DNA of 64,000 nt from an uncultured bacterium (GTDB taxonomy: Bacteria > Babelota > Babeliae > Babelales > Babelaceae). The notes under the pieces are model-generated. The model was not told where the DNA came from and made no database searches. It worked only from the letters and a program-made list of their open reading frames with translations. Positions 1-9,943 of this stretch are shown one piece after another (position 1 is the first letter of the stretch; the number at the start of each line of letters is the position of its first letter). Where the stretch lies: positions 800,001-864,000 of the forward strand of contig OY970209.1 in assembly GCA_963713855.1 (NCBI GenBank). The letters run 5' to 3'. The translations under genes were made by a program, and so were the position numbers.

Positions 1-1
1 A

Positions 2-220
2 CCCGCTCGAAGGCTTGATGCGTACCAATGTAAAGCTCTTGATCTTTTTAAGCTTAAGGAGGCAGTTACTGCCTACGAGATAAAAGACCTTTTTCACCTT
101 AAAACGCATACAGCACGCGCTTTATGTTTGCAATGGGTACATGATGGCTTTTTCGAATTTGAGCAATCTTCAAAGAAAAAACGTTCGTACAAATTAGCTA
201 CCTTTAGTGTCAATTTATAG
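2..220 (+). CDS. 3' end of a protein with a C-terminal winged HTH, probably Fic family (partial)
   Basis: Manual translation: RLDAYQCKALDLFKLKEAVTAYEIKDLFHLKTHTARALCLQWVHDGFFEFEQSSKKKRSYKL*. It resembles the wHTH tail of Fic proteins; the Fic motif itself would lie outside the window. Confidence 0.5.
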   Translation, partial: PARRLDAYQCKALDLFKLKEAVTAYEIKDLFHLKTHTARALCLQWVHDGFFEFEQSSKKKRSYKLATFSVNL

Positions 221-391
221 TTAGCTTAAAGACTAGCTCTTTTTTGAAACCTTTGTCGTATATGGTGAATGGATTTAGTTGTCGATTGCATGGTTTTATC
301 TATACTATCTTAAGTTTTTTTTTGCTTATGGAAAAATGTGCTTGAAGTGTTTTTTTGGGATTTCTCTATAGCTTTTTCGAAAGGGCTTCTT

Positions 392-1674
392 ATGATTAAG
401 TCTCATTTGTTACTTATACCTTTTTTTGTAGCATCCTCGTTCTTTTCTGTGGCTTTTTCCGGAAAGACTCTTGACGATGCTCTTCTCAAATCAGTGCAAA
501 AATCCACAATACCAATGTAGCTCGAGATCTGATTTCCTTAGGTGCTCGAGTTGACTCACCTGATATTGTCGAACTTATTGGCGATGCGGTCGGCGAAGGA
601 GCAACCGAGCATGCCTTATTACGCATCGAGGCTGCTGCACCAGAGGCTCTCAATGCATATCCTTACGCACCCATAGTATGCAGTGGCCAATGGTTTGATT
701 GTTCTCGTCAAGGAAAAAGTTTAAGCATTCTTGAGTTTGCTCAAAAAATGGGAGATGATAGAGTGGTAGAAGCTCTTAAACTAGCCGGTGCCACTGCTTC
801 TATCGATCAGACTGTACGGAACACCAATTTGTTTTATGATACTCTCGCAGCAAAAGGATACAGGGGTGCTCAGGAACTTGTCGATCAAGGAATTTATCCA
901 ACTTTTCCGCTCAGAAAATTGGACGACGTAAAAAGACCTATTGGACTAGCTAAAGAGTGTGGCCATGAAATGATAGGACAAATTCTTAAACTACAAAAAT
1001 ACGATGTAAATAAAGCGCTGAGCTATGTTATATCGCCTGGAGGTACCAACGATCTCGAACATGTTGAATTCTTTCTCGCACATGGCGCTAGTCACACTTC
1101 CAAAACTAGAAAGGCTCTGTTAGATCACAAGATAAGAGGCTTTCAGGCTTCGCTTTCAGACTTGGAAGAATATGTTACCTCAAAAGATGATATTCCCGAA
1201 GATGCTCTGTCACACATGTTGACGCATAAACTTGAAGATCAAGCGCTATTTCTTATCAGCAAGGGTGCAAAGGTTACTGAAAAGCACCTGAAAGGGGCTT
1301 TAAATGCGGAGCTTACGTCAGTCGCGTTAGCGCTTCTTGAGGCCGGTGTTAAGCCAAAAGAAAAGCACCTTAAGCAGATTATTAAGCGGGAATCTCCTTC
1401 ATCTGGTCATATTCAATATCTAAATCCTCCAGCTGAACTTTTTTCTGAGCTCATTGAATATGGAGCACCAGTAACACCGGACGTACTTGTTACCCTAATT
1501 GAATCCGTACGCGAAAAACAGCTTATCGAAATTGCTCTGAAGGCTCGTCAGAACAAAGTTGATGATCTGTCAGCCGACCAAAAAGCTGCCGTGCTTGTTT
1601 GGGCAATGAGTAATGATGAAATACTTGGTCAAAAGGGTAATGATGAGATACTTGCTCAAAAATTGATTCAGTAG
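392..1674 (+). CDS. Secreted degenerate ankyrin-like protein with one apparent frameshift near 490-502
   Basis: The signal-peptide ORF from ATG 392 continues after a frame change as IHNTNVARDLISLGARVD..., which is open into ORF 748-1674. Ank-like motifs: HVEFFLAHGA, ALFLISKGA, LALLEAGV. Confidence 0.6.
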
Positions 1675-1681
1675 ATTGTTG

Positions 1682-1713
1682 AGGAGGGAGTACAAACTCC
1701 CTCCTTTCATTTT
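1682..1713 (+). terminator. Intrinsic terminator
   Basis: aggagggag-tacaaa-ctccctcct followed by a T-rich tail. Confidence 0.7.
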
Positions 1714-1768
1714 TAACGTATGAGTTTTTGCTGTATACTGATAGATATCCCTATTTATACGAGTATTC

Positions 1769-3961
1769 ATGCGTAATAATACTGAAAAATTCGATCTATT
1801 TTGCCAAAAAAACCTTAATCCTGAGCAGCGACACATTGTAAAGGAAGAGAATGGTATACTTGTGGTGCATGCAGGGGCGGGCTCTGGAAAAACGCGTACT
1901 ATCACTGCTCGTATTATGCACCTTATGCTCCATCATGGGGTGCCCTTTCATGCTCTTATAGCGCTTACGTTTACCAATAAAGCCGCTCGAGAAATGCGTG
2001 AGCGGGTTACCCATTTTTTGGAAAATCCACATGATGTACCATTTATCGGTACTTTTCATGGGTATTGTCTTCATTTTTTGCGTAGCCACAGAGAGTTTTT
2101 AGATATTCCTGATTTTTCTATTCTTGATAGTGACGATCAAGAAAAGCTTATTAAGAGCATCATAGCTCGCTACAGTCTTTCAAAGCATACAACGTCCAGA
2201 CAGTTAGGCTCCTTGTTTTCGCGTATTAAAAATAATGCGTTAACTGGTGTAATTAATTTTCAAGAGATTCCTGATCCGCTTTTAAGAGACGCGTTTTACG
2301 TGTATGAAAGAGAAAAAACGCTTTCTCGATGTCTGGATTTTGATGATCTTCTCTTATCGACTTTGCGTATGTTTAAAAAAGAACCCGCGTTGAAAGTTCG
2401 CCATCAAGAACGCATACGCCATATCCTTGTTGATGAGTACCAAGATACGAATCAGGTACAACATGCGCTTGTTAAAGAAATGAGTTTTAATAGCAAAGGT
2501 GAATGCACGGTTGGATCTTTATGCGTCGTCGGGGATGAGGATCAATCGATATACTCGTGGCGCGGCGCAATAGCAAGTATGATGGTAAGCTTTAAAAATG
2601 AGTTTCCCCAAAGCACATCGCATGCGCTTGAACAAAACTATAGGTCAGCGCAGTCTATTTTAGATACGGCTAACCAGTTGATACAGCATAATACGCAGAG
2701 AAAACAGAAAAATTTATGGTCAACGCTTGATGGATCTGATCGTGTTAGGCTTCTTACCTGTGCGTCCGCGTTTCAGGAAGGACAAGCGCTTGTAGCTCTT
2801 AGTCAACACTATCAGTCGATAGGCATACCGCTCAAAAATATTGCCGTTCTTTACCGATCGCATTACCAATCGCGTTCTTTGGAAGAAGCTCTGGTACGGC
2901 ACTCTATTGCATATACCATTTTAGGTGGTGTTCAGTTTTACGACCGTCAAGAAGTTAAGGACCTTTTAGCGTACCTAAAACTGACGGTCAATCCTTATGA
3001 TCGTATGGCCTTTAGCCGAGCAATTAATATGCCAGCACGTGGGCTTGGTGATAAATTCGTGGAACTCTTTTTTGAAGTTTGGGAAAGTCAGGCGCATTTG
3101 GATTTTAAAGCTATAAGTGAGCTTCTTATTGAGCGCGGGTTGTTACCAGCTTTAAAGCAAGAAGCTTTAAAGTCATTCTTAGGGCTTTTTGAAGATGTAG
3201 GACAAAAAACACCGGGTGATCTGCTTGAACATTTTGCAAAGGCTATCGGTTACCAATCATATTTGCTTGCGGCGTATGAAACAGAGGAGGCTCAAGAGCG
3301 GTTTGCTAACGTTAAAGAGCTTATTGGTGCTGTTCGTTCACGCTATGAGCTCGGGGTGACAACTGCAGAGCAGCTTCTTGAAGAAATTGCTCTTTTGCAG
3401 GAATATAAGACTGCCCGCGCGGATACCGATCATATAAGCCTTATGACGCTCCATGCCGCTAAGGGTCTTGAGTTTGATACCGTTATGATAGCTGGAGTTG
3501 AAGAAGGTATCCTTCCAAGTGGCCACGCTTCAGCTGACGCTGACGCGGTTGAAGAGGAACGCAGGCTCTTATACGTGGGTATTACGAGGGCTCAAAAAAG
3601 ATTACTATTAACTTGTACACGTTTTCGCTCAACATATAAGCAACTAAGCGAACAACGCCCTTCCCGCTTTATTAAAGAGCTTTCACCACTATCAATTCAT
3701 GAGAGTTCACAGTGGAACTTGTCACAACTTCATGCCTACTTCAGGCAGTGGTTACAGCCACAACCAACACCAGAAGCAATACCCCGGAATCACACAACGT
3801 CTACGTCCTCCTGGAATATTAATCAGACAGTGTACCATGCGACCTTCGGTCGAGGCATCGTTGAGAATGTGGAAGAAAAGGGAACAGGTCACATCTACTT
3901 GACCGTACGCTTTTCGGACTGTACAAAAAAAATTGCAGCGAGCTTTGTTACCAGTAACTAA
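1769..3961 (+). CDS. pcrA: ATP-dependent DNA helicase UvrD/PcrA
   Basis: AGAGSGKT, LVDEYQDTN, VGDEDQSIYSWRGA, LEQNYRS, MTLHAAKGLEF, EEERRLLYVGITRA; C-terminal Tudor-like HATFGRG. Confidence 0.95.
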   Translation: MRNNTEKFDLFCQKNLNPEQRHIVKEENGILVVHAGAGSGKTRTITARIMHLMLHHGVPFHALIALTFTNKAAREMRERVTHFLENPHDVPFIGTFHGYCLHFLRSHREFLDIPDFSILDSDDQEKLIKSIIARYSLSKHTTSRQLGSLFSRIKNNALTGVINFQEIPDPLLRDAFYVYEREKTLSRCLDFDDLLLSTLRMFKKEPALKVRHQERIRHILVDEYQDTNQVQHALVKEMSFNSKGECTVGSLCVVGDEDQSIYSWRGAIASMMVSFKNEFPQSTSHALEQNYRSAQSILDTANQLIQHNTQRKQKNLWSTLDGSDRVRLLTCASAFQEGQALVALSQHYQSIGIPLKNIAVLYRSHYQSRSLEEALVRHSIAYTILGGVQFYDRQEVKDLLAYLKLTVNPYDRMAFSRAINMPARGLGDKFVELFFEVWESQAHLDFKAISELLIERGLLPALKQEALKSFLGLFEDVGQKTPGDLLEHFAKAIGYQSYLLAAYETEEAQERFANVKELIGAVRSRYELGVTTAEQLLEEIALLQEYKTARADTDHISLMTLHAAKGLEFDTVMIAGVEEGILPSGHASADADAVEEERRLLYVGITRAQKRLLLTCTRFRSTYKQLSEQRPSRFIKELSPLSIHESSQWNLSQLHAYFRQWLQPQPTPEAIPRNHTTSTSSWNINQTVYHATFGRGIVENVEEKGTGHIYLTVRFSDCTKKIAASFVTSN

Positions 3962-4084
3962 GATCAATCAAAACAGAGTCACAGACTAACTATTTATATT
4001 TTTTTAATTGACAATTGTTGAATAATTGTGCTACAAATGTGCTACTGAATGTGATTGACGTAACTGTTAGCAAAAGGAGATGGT

Positions 4085-4882
4085 ATGAAGAAAGTATTAG
4101 CGTTTGCGTTACTATTAGGTGCAGCAAACTTACAAGGTGTTGGCGAGCCTAGATTTGTCAGTTCTACTGCAGGTGGTCAGATCATGAGTGAGGATACCCC
4201 AGTCTGTGTACAGAAAAACATTTTACCTGAGGAAATTGCTAAGGTAATAGTAGAATTTAGCGATAAAAACGTATCTGTACCAGGCAGAATAATTGATATG
4301 TTTAATAAGCTGCATGCTGAAAAGCTATCTGCTGCGGAAAAAATGTTTAACGAGTTAGCTCGTAATGTGGCGATTGATGGAACATCTGTTGGTCTTTTAT
4401 ACAATAAAGCTTCCCAACAAGCGGGAGATCTTGCAGAAACTTTGGTTAAGCTTTCCAAAATAAAATCTAGCGCAATCAAAATTACCATGAGCGATATTCA
4501 CGATATGTTTGCACTTAAGGCGGCAAGCTACCGCTTGATGGCTAGCAAACTTAATAGCTTGTCCCATGAGACAGATGATCAAGAAGTAAGCAATATTCTC
4601 ATGAAGATGGCTAAACACAAACTTGAAATGAGTCAAGATATAGATTCGGCTATCGCTCTTGCTTACGCTCACCCAACTCCAGGTGAAAAGAAAGGCTTTA
4701 ATCTACACTTCAGCTTTGGCGCAAGGCCAGATATAACTGAAAGTACATCGCATGAGGAAAGCCCCCAAATGACAGGAAGCATCTCACACGAGGGAAGCCC
4801 GTTTATGCCTGGAAGCACATCACACGAGGGAAGTTCATCCATGACTGGAAGAACGGGTTATGAGTCAAGAGAAGCATCTTAA
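4085..4882 (+). CDS. Secreted hypothetical protein with C-terminal 12-aa repeats; paralog of 5042-5671
   Basis: AAGGAG RBS, signal peptide MKKVLAFALLLGAANLQG, shared block with the next gene. Confidence 0.8.
   Translation: MKKVLAFALLLGAANLQGVGEPRFVSSTAGGQIMSEDTPVCVQKNILPEEIAKVIVEFSDKNVSVPGRIIDMFNKLHAEKLSAAEKMFNELARNVAIDGTSVGLLYNKASQQAGDLAETLVKLSKIKSSAIKITMSDIHDMFALKAASYRLMASKLNSLSHETDDQEVSNILMKMAKHKLEMSQDIDSAIALAYAHPTPGEKKGFNLHFSFGARPDITESTSHEESPQMTGSISHEGSPFMPGSTSHEGSSSMTGRTGYESREAS
4736..4879 (+). repeat. 36-bp intragenic tandem repeat (about 4 degenerate copies)
   Basis: TESTSHEESPQM / TGSISHEGSPFM / PGSTSHEGSSSM / TGRTGYESREAS. Confidence 0.75.
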
Positions 4883-4889
4883 ACCTTTT

Positions 4890-4925
4890 TCCCGGGCTTA
4901 TTTGACGTAAGCCTGGGATTTTTTA
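4890..4925 (+). terminator. Intrinsic terminator
   Basis: tcccgggctta-tttgacg-taagcctggga followed by a T run. Confidence 0.7.
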
Positions 4926-5041
4926 TGCTCAGGCGAATCATATCCATCTGGAAAAGTTATACTATTTTTATTTTTTAAATATTGACAATCTAAAATTGAA
5001 TATGTTAAAAGTAACTATATAGTGTCACCCAAGGAGAGAGC

Positions 5042-5671
5042 ATGAAAAAATATATAGGATATCTGTTCTTATTTGTTCCAGTTGCGACTTTGCAGGCTCA
5101 AGTAAAACCTGCAGCTAGTAGGCCTGTAACGTCAGCGGAAAAGGGCGAAAAAGAAGCTTTTAAGCCTGAATCTGTTGCCAAGGTAATTGCAGAATTTAAA
5201 GATAAGAAAATTACCGTACCTTATGCTTTTGTCAATAAATGGAACCAGCTACAAGCTGACATGCTTCGTCAAAAAGCCAAAGAGTTTCGTGAAATGGCGC
5301 CAAATACTGAGCATCCAAAGCTCTATCAGATGCTTGCACGAAGAACGAGAATGCTTTCAAAATTTATGCGTAGGCCAAAGCTTAAATTAACTAAAGATAT
5401 TCAAATGACAGCACATCCGCGTGATTGGTTAGAGCTTGTAGTAAGAAAGCAGGAATTACTTTCTCAAAAATACGCGTTTATGGCAAAGCAGACGAGTGAT
5501 GAAGAGGTTAAATCTATCCTTGAAAGCCTGTCAAAAAGATTTCAACATAAGTCCGATTTACTAAAAGAAGCATTAGCGATGAAGGAAGAGCCTACAACAC
5601 ATCCTTTGGAAATAGGACCGGCCAGGATCAGAACGGTAGAGGGTACACAATTGCCCCAAAAAACTAAATAA
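5042..5671 (+). CDS. Secreted hypothetical protein; paralog of 4085-4882
   Basis: Signal peptide; PESVAKVIAEFKDKKITVP aligns with PEEIAKVIVEFSDKNVSVP. Confidence 0.8.
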   Translation: MKKYIGYLFLFVPVATLQAQVKPAASRPVTSAEKGEKEAFKPESVAKVIAEFKDKKITVPYAFVNKWNQLQADMLRQKAKEFREMAPNTEHPKLYQMLARRTRMLSKFMRRPKLKLTKDIQMTAHPRDWLELVVRKQELLSQKYAFMAKQTSDEEVKSILESLSKRFQHKSDLLKEALAMKEEPTTHPLEIGPARIRTVEGTQLPQKTK

Positions 5672-5833
5672 CTTTTAAAAGACCTTCGATAGCCTTTTTG
5701 TAAGGCAATCATCCTTTGCCCGGGCAGCTTTTTAGTGTTATCCGTAAAGCCCGGGCGCTTTTTTTGTAATAAGTACAGAATAGTGGCAAGAAAACAGCAG
5801 GTCTTACATTTTAGGCGTCAGTCGATGCTAATC

Positions 5834-5869
5834 AAAAGAGTCCCTACAGAAATGTAGGGACTCTTTTTT
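5834..5869. terminator. Bidirectional intrinsic terminator
   Basis: aaaagagtccctaca-gaaa-tgtagggactctttt between convergent genes. Confidence 0.8.
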
Positions 5870-5892
5870 ACGAAGATACATTATACGCGGAT

Positions 5893-6378
5893 TTAATGAA
5901 CTTCTATTTCTGCAACTTCTCGAGCTTTAGCAGTTTCGCAAGGAGTAAGATCTCGTCTTTTCATTTCGATGTTCTTTAAAGACTCTTTGTGTACTTCAAT
6001 TGCGTTTTCAGTATCATTGAGTTCTTGTTCAAGTGTTCTAATGCGACGCTCGAGCGATCTTTTTTGGCTTAAAAGCTCATCAAGTTCTGCTTGCAGTCTT
6101 GCTTGAGCACGATCGAGCTTACTAAAATGATAACGATGTGTTGGTACATGATGTACTTCTTTGACAATTACTTCTTTGACCGGCCTTCGGTAATGCCTTG
6201 AGCTTGAGCCATTAGAAATAGCGTTGCCAAAAATAGTTCCAAAAGTACTTCCGATGCCTGAACCTATAGCTGTGGCAGCAACGTCTGAAGCAAAATCACC
6301 TGATCCCGCTTTTAAGACAGGAGCTGCAAAGAGCATCGAAGCGCCAAGCACTAGGAAAAATATACGTGATTGAAACAT
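5893..6378 (-). CDS. Secreted glycine-zipper and coiled-coil protein
   Basis: Signal peptide, AIGSGIGSTFGTIFG, heptad-rich C-terminus. Confidence 0.75.
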   Translation of the reverse strand: MFQSRIFFLVLGASMLFAAPVLKAGSGDFASDVAATAIGSGIGSTFGTIFGNAISNGSSSRHYRRPVKEVIVKEVHHVPTHRYHFSKLDRAQARLQAELDELLSQKRSLERRIRTLEQELNDTENAIEVHKESLKNIEMKRRDLTPCETAKAREVAEIEVH

Positions 6379-6445
6379 AATGTTCTCCTAAACGGATTAA
6401 TATTCTGACTTAAGTATGAAGTCAAAAAGAGAAAAAATCAACAAC

Positions 6446-7846
6446 TTATTGATTATTTGTATTTTGTGCTATATCTGCAAACTTATTTATTTTTCCAGCA
6501 CCAAGGAGTAAAATGAGGTCATCTTGGTCGGTCACGTGCTCAAGTGCTCTTTTCAAGGTGCTAAAATCTTCATGATGGGGGACGTACTCAATATGGGTTG
6601 CAGCTTGAGCTTTAAGCTCAGTCACAAAACGGCTACTTTGTATAGTGGGTATAGGTGCCTCGCTTGCTGCGTATATGTCGGTAATAAGTAATACATCGAT
6701 TGGATGACTTTTAAGTACGTCTATAAAATCCTGCCAAAGGTGGTACATACGTGTGTAGCGGTGGGGCTGAAACACTACAATAAGCTTTTTCTTAGCTCTT
6801 TTACGCGCAACCAAGAGTGTATGATGTATTTCCACAGGGTGGTGCCCATAATCATCAAAAAGCTCGGCACCTTTATAAAGACCTTTATAGCTAAAACGAC
6901 GGTCGACTCCTTTAAAGGTTGAAAGGCTATGAGCAATGGTGTCAAAAGGAATGGTAAGTGCTTGGCCAACGGCGACAGCAGCAAGAGCATTCAGCACATT
7001 GTGCTTACCCGGCATTTTGAAGGTAAATGAGCCGAGTAATGTGTTGGTACGTTTATGCCACACTTTGCAGCGCGATTCGTCGGCCATGAGCTCAATGTCC
7101 TGGGCATACACATCTGCGTCTTTAGTTGAGCCGTAGGTAATGACGCGTGTATGTTTCAAGGGTAACAGTGATCGCGTAGGTACATCATCATGGCACATAA
7201 CTGCAAAACCGTAAAAAGGGATGTGTGCTAAAAACGTCTTGAAGGTTTCTTTAATATCATCAAGATCTTTGTAAGCATCCATGTGTTCGCGATCTATATT
7301 GGTAACAACGGCGATTGTTGGCTGCAGCTTTACGAGCGTTCGATCGCTTTCATCTGCTTCTGCTACAAGAAAATCTCCTTTTCCAAAGTGCGCATTTGTA
7401 GAAATGCTTTTCAGGTGACCTCCGATGATGACTGTAGGATCAAAATGAGCTTCCATTAGCATATGTGCAATGAGCGATGTCGTTGTTGTTTTTCCGTGCG
7501 CGCCAGCTATAGCAATACTGTATTTCATGCGCATGAGCTCTGCAAGCATAAGTGCGCGAGGGATGGTAGGAATGCCACGTTCTTGCGCTTTTACGATTTC
7601 TGGATGATTATGCTTGACGTCTGACGAATAGACGAGGATATCGATTGATGTGTCAGCGCAGTATGGCGTATTATTGCCTTGGTAAATGGCACACCCAAGA
7701 GCCGCAAGGTCCCTGCTACTTTTTTGCTCAATATCAAGGTCGCAGCCAGAGATGTAATAGCCTTGGTATTTGAGGATTTTAGCAATGCCACTCATGCCAA
7801 TGCCGCCTATACCAACAAAATGGATGTGCGTTTTTTTATTATACAT
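6446..7846 (-). CDS. murC: UDP-N-acetylmuramate--L-alanine ligase
   Basis: HIHFVGIGGIGMSGIA, AGAHGKTTT, EADESD, DDYGHHP, VFQPHRYTR. Confidence 0.97.
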   Translation of the reverse strand: MYNKKTHIHFVGIGGIGMSGIAKILKYQGYYISGCDLDIEQKSSRDLAALGCAIYQGNNTPYCADTSIDILVYSSDVKHNHPEIVKAQERGIPTIPRALMLAELMRMKYSIAIAGAHGKTTTTSLIAHMLMEAHFDPTVIIGGHLKSISTNAHFGKGDFLVAEADESDRTLVKLQPTIAVVTNIDREHMDAYKDLDDIKETFKTFLAHIPFYGFAVMCHDDVPTRSLLPLKHTRVITYGSTKDADVYAQDIELMADESRCKVWHKRTNTLLGSFTFKMPGKHNVLNALAAVAVGQALTIPFDTIAHSLSTFKGVDRRFSYKGLYKGAELFDDYGHHPVEIHHTLLVARKRAKKKLIVVFQPHRYTRMYHLWQDFIDVLKSHPIDVLLITDIYAASEAPIPTIQSSRFVTELKAQAATHIEYVPHHEDFSTLKRALEHVTDQDDLILLLGAGKINKFADIAQNTNNQ

Positions 7847-7939
7847 ACCTGCTCATACACGTTAAAACAATTATAGCTTTCATTTGCGTAAGAATGAGTA
7901 TACCATAAGCTTTATCAAAGCACTTTTGCGACGTGTACA

Positions 7940-8869
7940 TCAAGCTTTTTTCTCTCTAGGCAAAACTGAATTAAGAAGGTAGTAGCCATCTTTGTTACGC
8001 CTTAGCGCGCTTGGCTCTTCGATACGCTCTAAAAGATAGGGGATTTTTTTAAAAAAACGCGGGAAGGTAAAACTGGTATGTCCAACAGACCTCTTTCCAC
8101 ATTTGATTTCTACTTCAACTATATGATCGCCTGGAGCTGCAAATACTCGTTGTGAAAAGAACTTTGATGGAGAGCATCCCATTTCACTTGCGCTATAAAG
8201 ACCCTGCGGATCCAATATCTGAATAAGGTCTTTCGAGCCAAAAAGGTGATAGATTTTTTTGAATGCATTTTTATGAGCATAGTCTTGCGTGGCCTCTTGT
8301 ATGGGGCAACAGAGCAAAATGAGCCTGTCTACCAAAGGTTTTTGTACTTGATCCTTTGGAATAAAACTACCCATACCTAAAGCTACATTACCTCCGTGGC
8401 TTACGGTAATGATGGTTAGCGGTGTATTTTTATAAGTCGGATTTTGACGAAGTGCTTTGAGAAGTTCGTAAAGCTGTGCAGATGCTTGATGTCTTGTCGT
8501 AAAGCTTAGCTTGCCGCTCCATCCAAAAAGGTAGATATTGTCGTAGGGAAATTGTTTTGGATCGCTACAACTTAAGCTTTGAGCACAACGTGCTTTCAAG
8601 TAAAAGCTTGAGACATCCGCTGCTTTATGTAAACCCGGAGGAGTAAAAACATGGTACCTCAATAAAGGGACCGTAGCTAAAAGAAGCGGTGGGAGCCTTG
8701 TGCCATGAATAATGATGGTAATCGGCTTTGTAGGATCGGGCGCGAAGAATAACGTTTCCTGGCGAGGCTTTTTGACATGATAGCGGTGTTTCATTTTTTG
8801 TGGCACGCAACCACCTAGGAATGTCACGATTATGAGTATACAACGGGTTCTGGCTGAAAATGTGCGCAT
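7940..8869 (-). CDS. Putative lipoprotein alpha/beta hydrolase (lipase-like)
   Basis: Likely start MRTFSAR...FLGGC (lipobox); IIIHGT, FGWSGKL, VSHGGNV nucleophile elbow. Confidence 0.7.
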   Translation of the reverse strand: MRTFSARTRCILIIVTFLGGCVPQKMKHRYHVKKPRQETLFFAPDPTKPITIIIHGTRLPPLLLATVPLLRYHVFTPPGLHKAADVSSFYLKARCAQSLSCSDPKQFPYDNIYLFGWSGKLSFTTRHQASAQLYELLKALRQNPTYKNTPLTIITVSHGGNVALGMGSFIPKDQVQKPLVDRLILLCCPIQEATQDYAHKNAFKKIYHLFGSKDLIQILDPQGLYSASEMGCSPSKFFSQRVFAAPGDHIVEVEIKCGKRSVGHTSFTFPRFFKKIPYLLERIEEPSALRRNKDGYYLLNSVLPREKKA

Positions 8870-8995
8870 ATGTGTACCATGAAATTTATCTAGGTATTTT
8901 TTTATACACTTATATAATTGCGCTTTTTTTACAAAAAAACAAGGTTTAGGTTTAGTATTTGGCCATTTTAGTAGTGTCGCTAAATAGTAAGCCAA

Positions 8996-9278
8996 AGAGA
9001 AATAGGCGACTACGCGGCTAGCGGCAGGACATCGTCCTGCACCTGTTGCTTGTTATGTGTGTTACATACTTATTGTGTATGAGATAGACCGGAAAATCCG
9101 GTCTATCTCATTAGTCATATTTACCAGAAAGGGAACTCCTTTCTGGTAAATTAAACTTACATAAAAAGTTTAAGCAGGGTGTGGGTCAAGGGTCATAAAG
9201 CCTGAGTCCAGGCTTATGAGCCCTTTCATAGAGTCAATACTATGACTCTTATGATGCCGCGTAGGCGTATACTTCCCT
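8996..9278. ncRNA. Candidate large structured RNA of unknown family
   Basis: A long-range closing stem (9010-9018 with 9256-9264, extendable) encloses at least 6 hairpins; the region has no ORF. Confidence 0.6.
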
Positions 9279-9320
9279 CATTTTTATTTCAGGACAGCAC
9301 CTAGCATTTTTTAAAACGAC

Positions 9321-9689
9321 TTACTCCCCGTACGAAAGAAGGATTTCTTTAAGGCGCTTTAGTTGTTTTTTGAGCATGCTTATTTGATTATGCAAACCTT
9401 GCTCAGGCACAGGCTCCTTTTGGATAGAAGATTGTCCTTCTATAGTTGGGGTCTTTTTAAACACACGTGTTCCAAGGTGTTCTTTTGCACCTGCGATAGT
9501 ATATTTCTTATCGTAGAGTAGTTCCTTGATGAGCAAAAATTTATTCATCTCGTAAGATGTATAATAACGCTGGCCGCCTTCCGAACGGTGAGGCCGAATG
9601 CCAAATTGCTTTTCCCAAAACCTGACGACAAAACTTTCAACACCAAGCTCATGGGCTATTTCACCTATTCTAAAAGTTTTACGCGCCAT
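9321..9689 (-). CDS. MerR-family HTH transcriptional regulator
   Basis: FRIGEIAHELGVESFVVRFWEKQF...GGQRYY...YTIAGAK; likely start at 9689. Confidence 0.9.
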   Translation of the reverse strand: MARKTFRIGEIAHELGVESFVVRFWEKQFGIRPHRSEGGQRYYTSYEMNKFLLIKELLYDKKYTIAGAKEHLGTRVFKKTPTIEGQSSIQKEPVPEQGLHNQISMLKKQLKRLKEILLSYGE

Positions 9690-9943
9690 CTTCACGACAA
9701 CTCCTTTTTTCCTTGATTGTATATTTTTATAGCGTTTCTTTTGATTCAAGACAAGAGTCAATTCACATTTGCCCCAAGTTGATTAAATCGAATTAGTGGG
9801 GTAAACTAACACTAATACTCATAAAAGTGTATAGATGTCCGCCTTTTAACAGCAGCTGATACTATCTTCTATTACGCAGTATTACAGGTGCATGTACTCT
9901 TTAAGAATTTGCTATTTTTACTACCCTAGAAAGGCACTGCCGA

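Noticed and set aside
8996..9278. tRNA, tmRNA, RNase P, SRP, cobalamin riboswitch or retron msr-msd identity
   Set aside because: Signature motifs (T-loop and CCA, GAGGAAAGUCC, GGAAGGAAGCAG, B12 box) were not seen, and there is no reverse transcriptase nearby.
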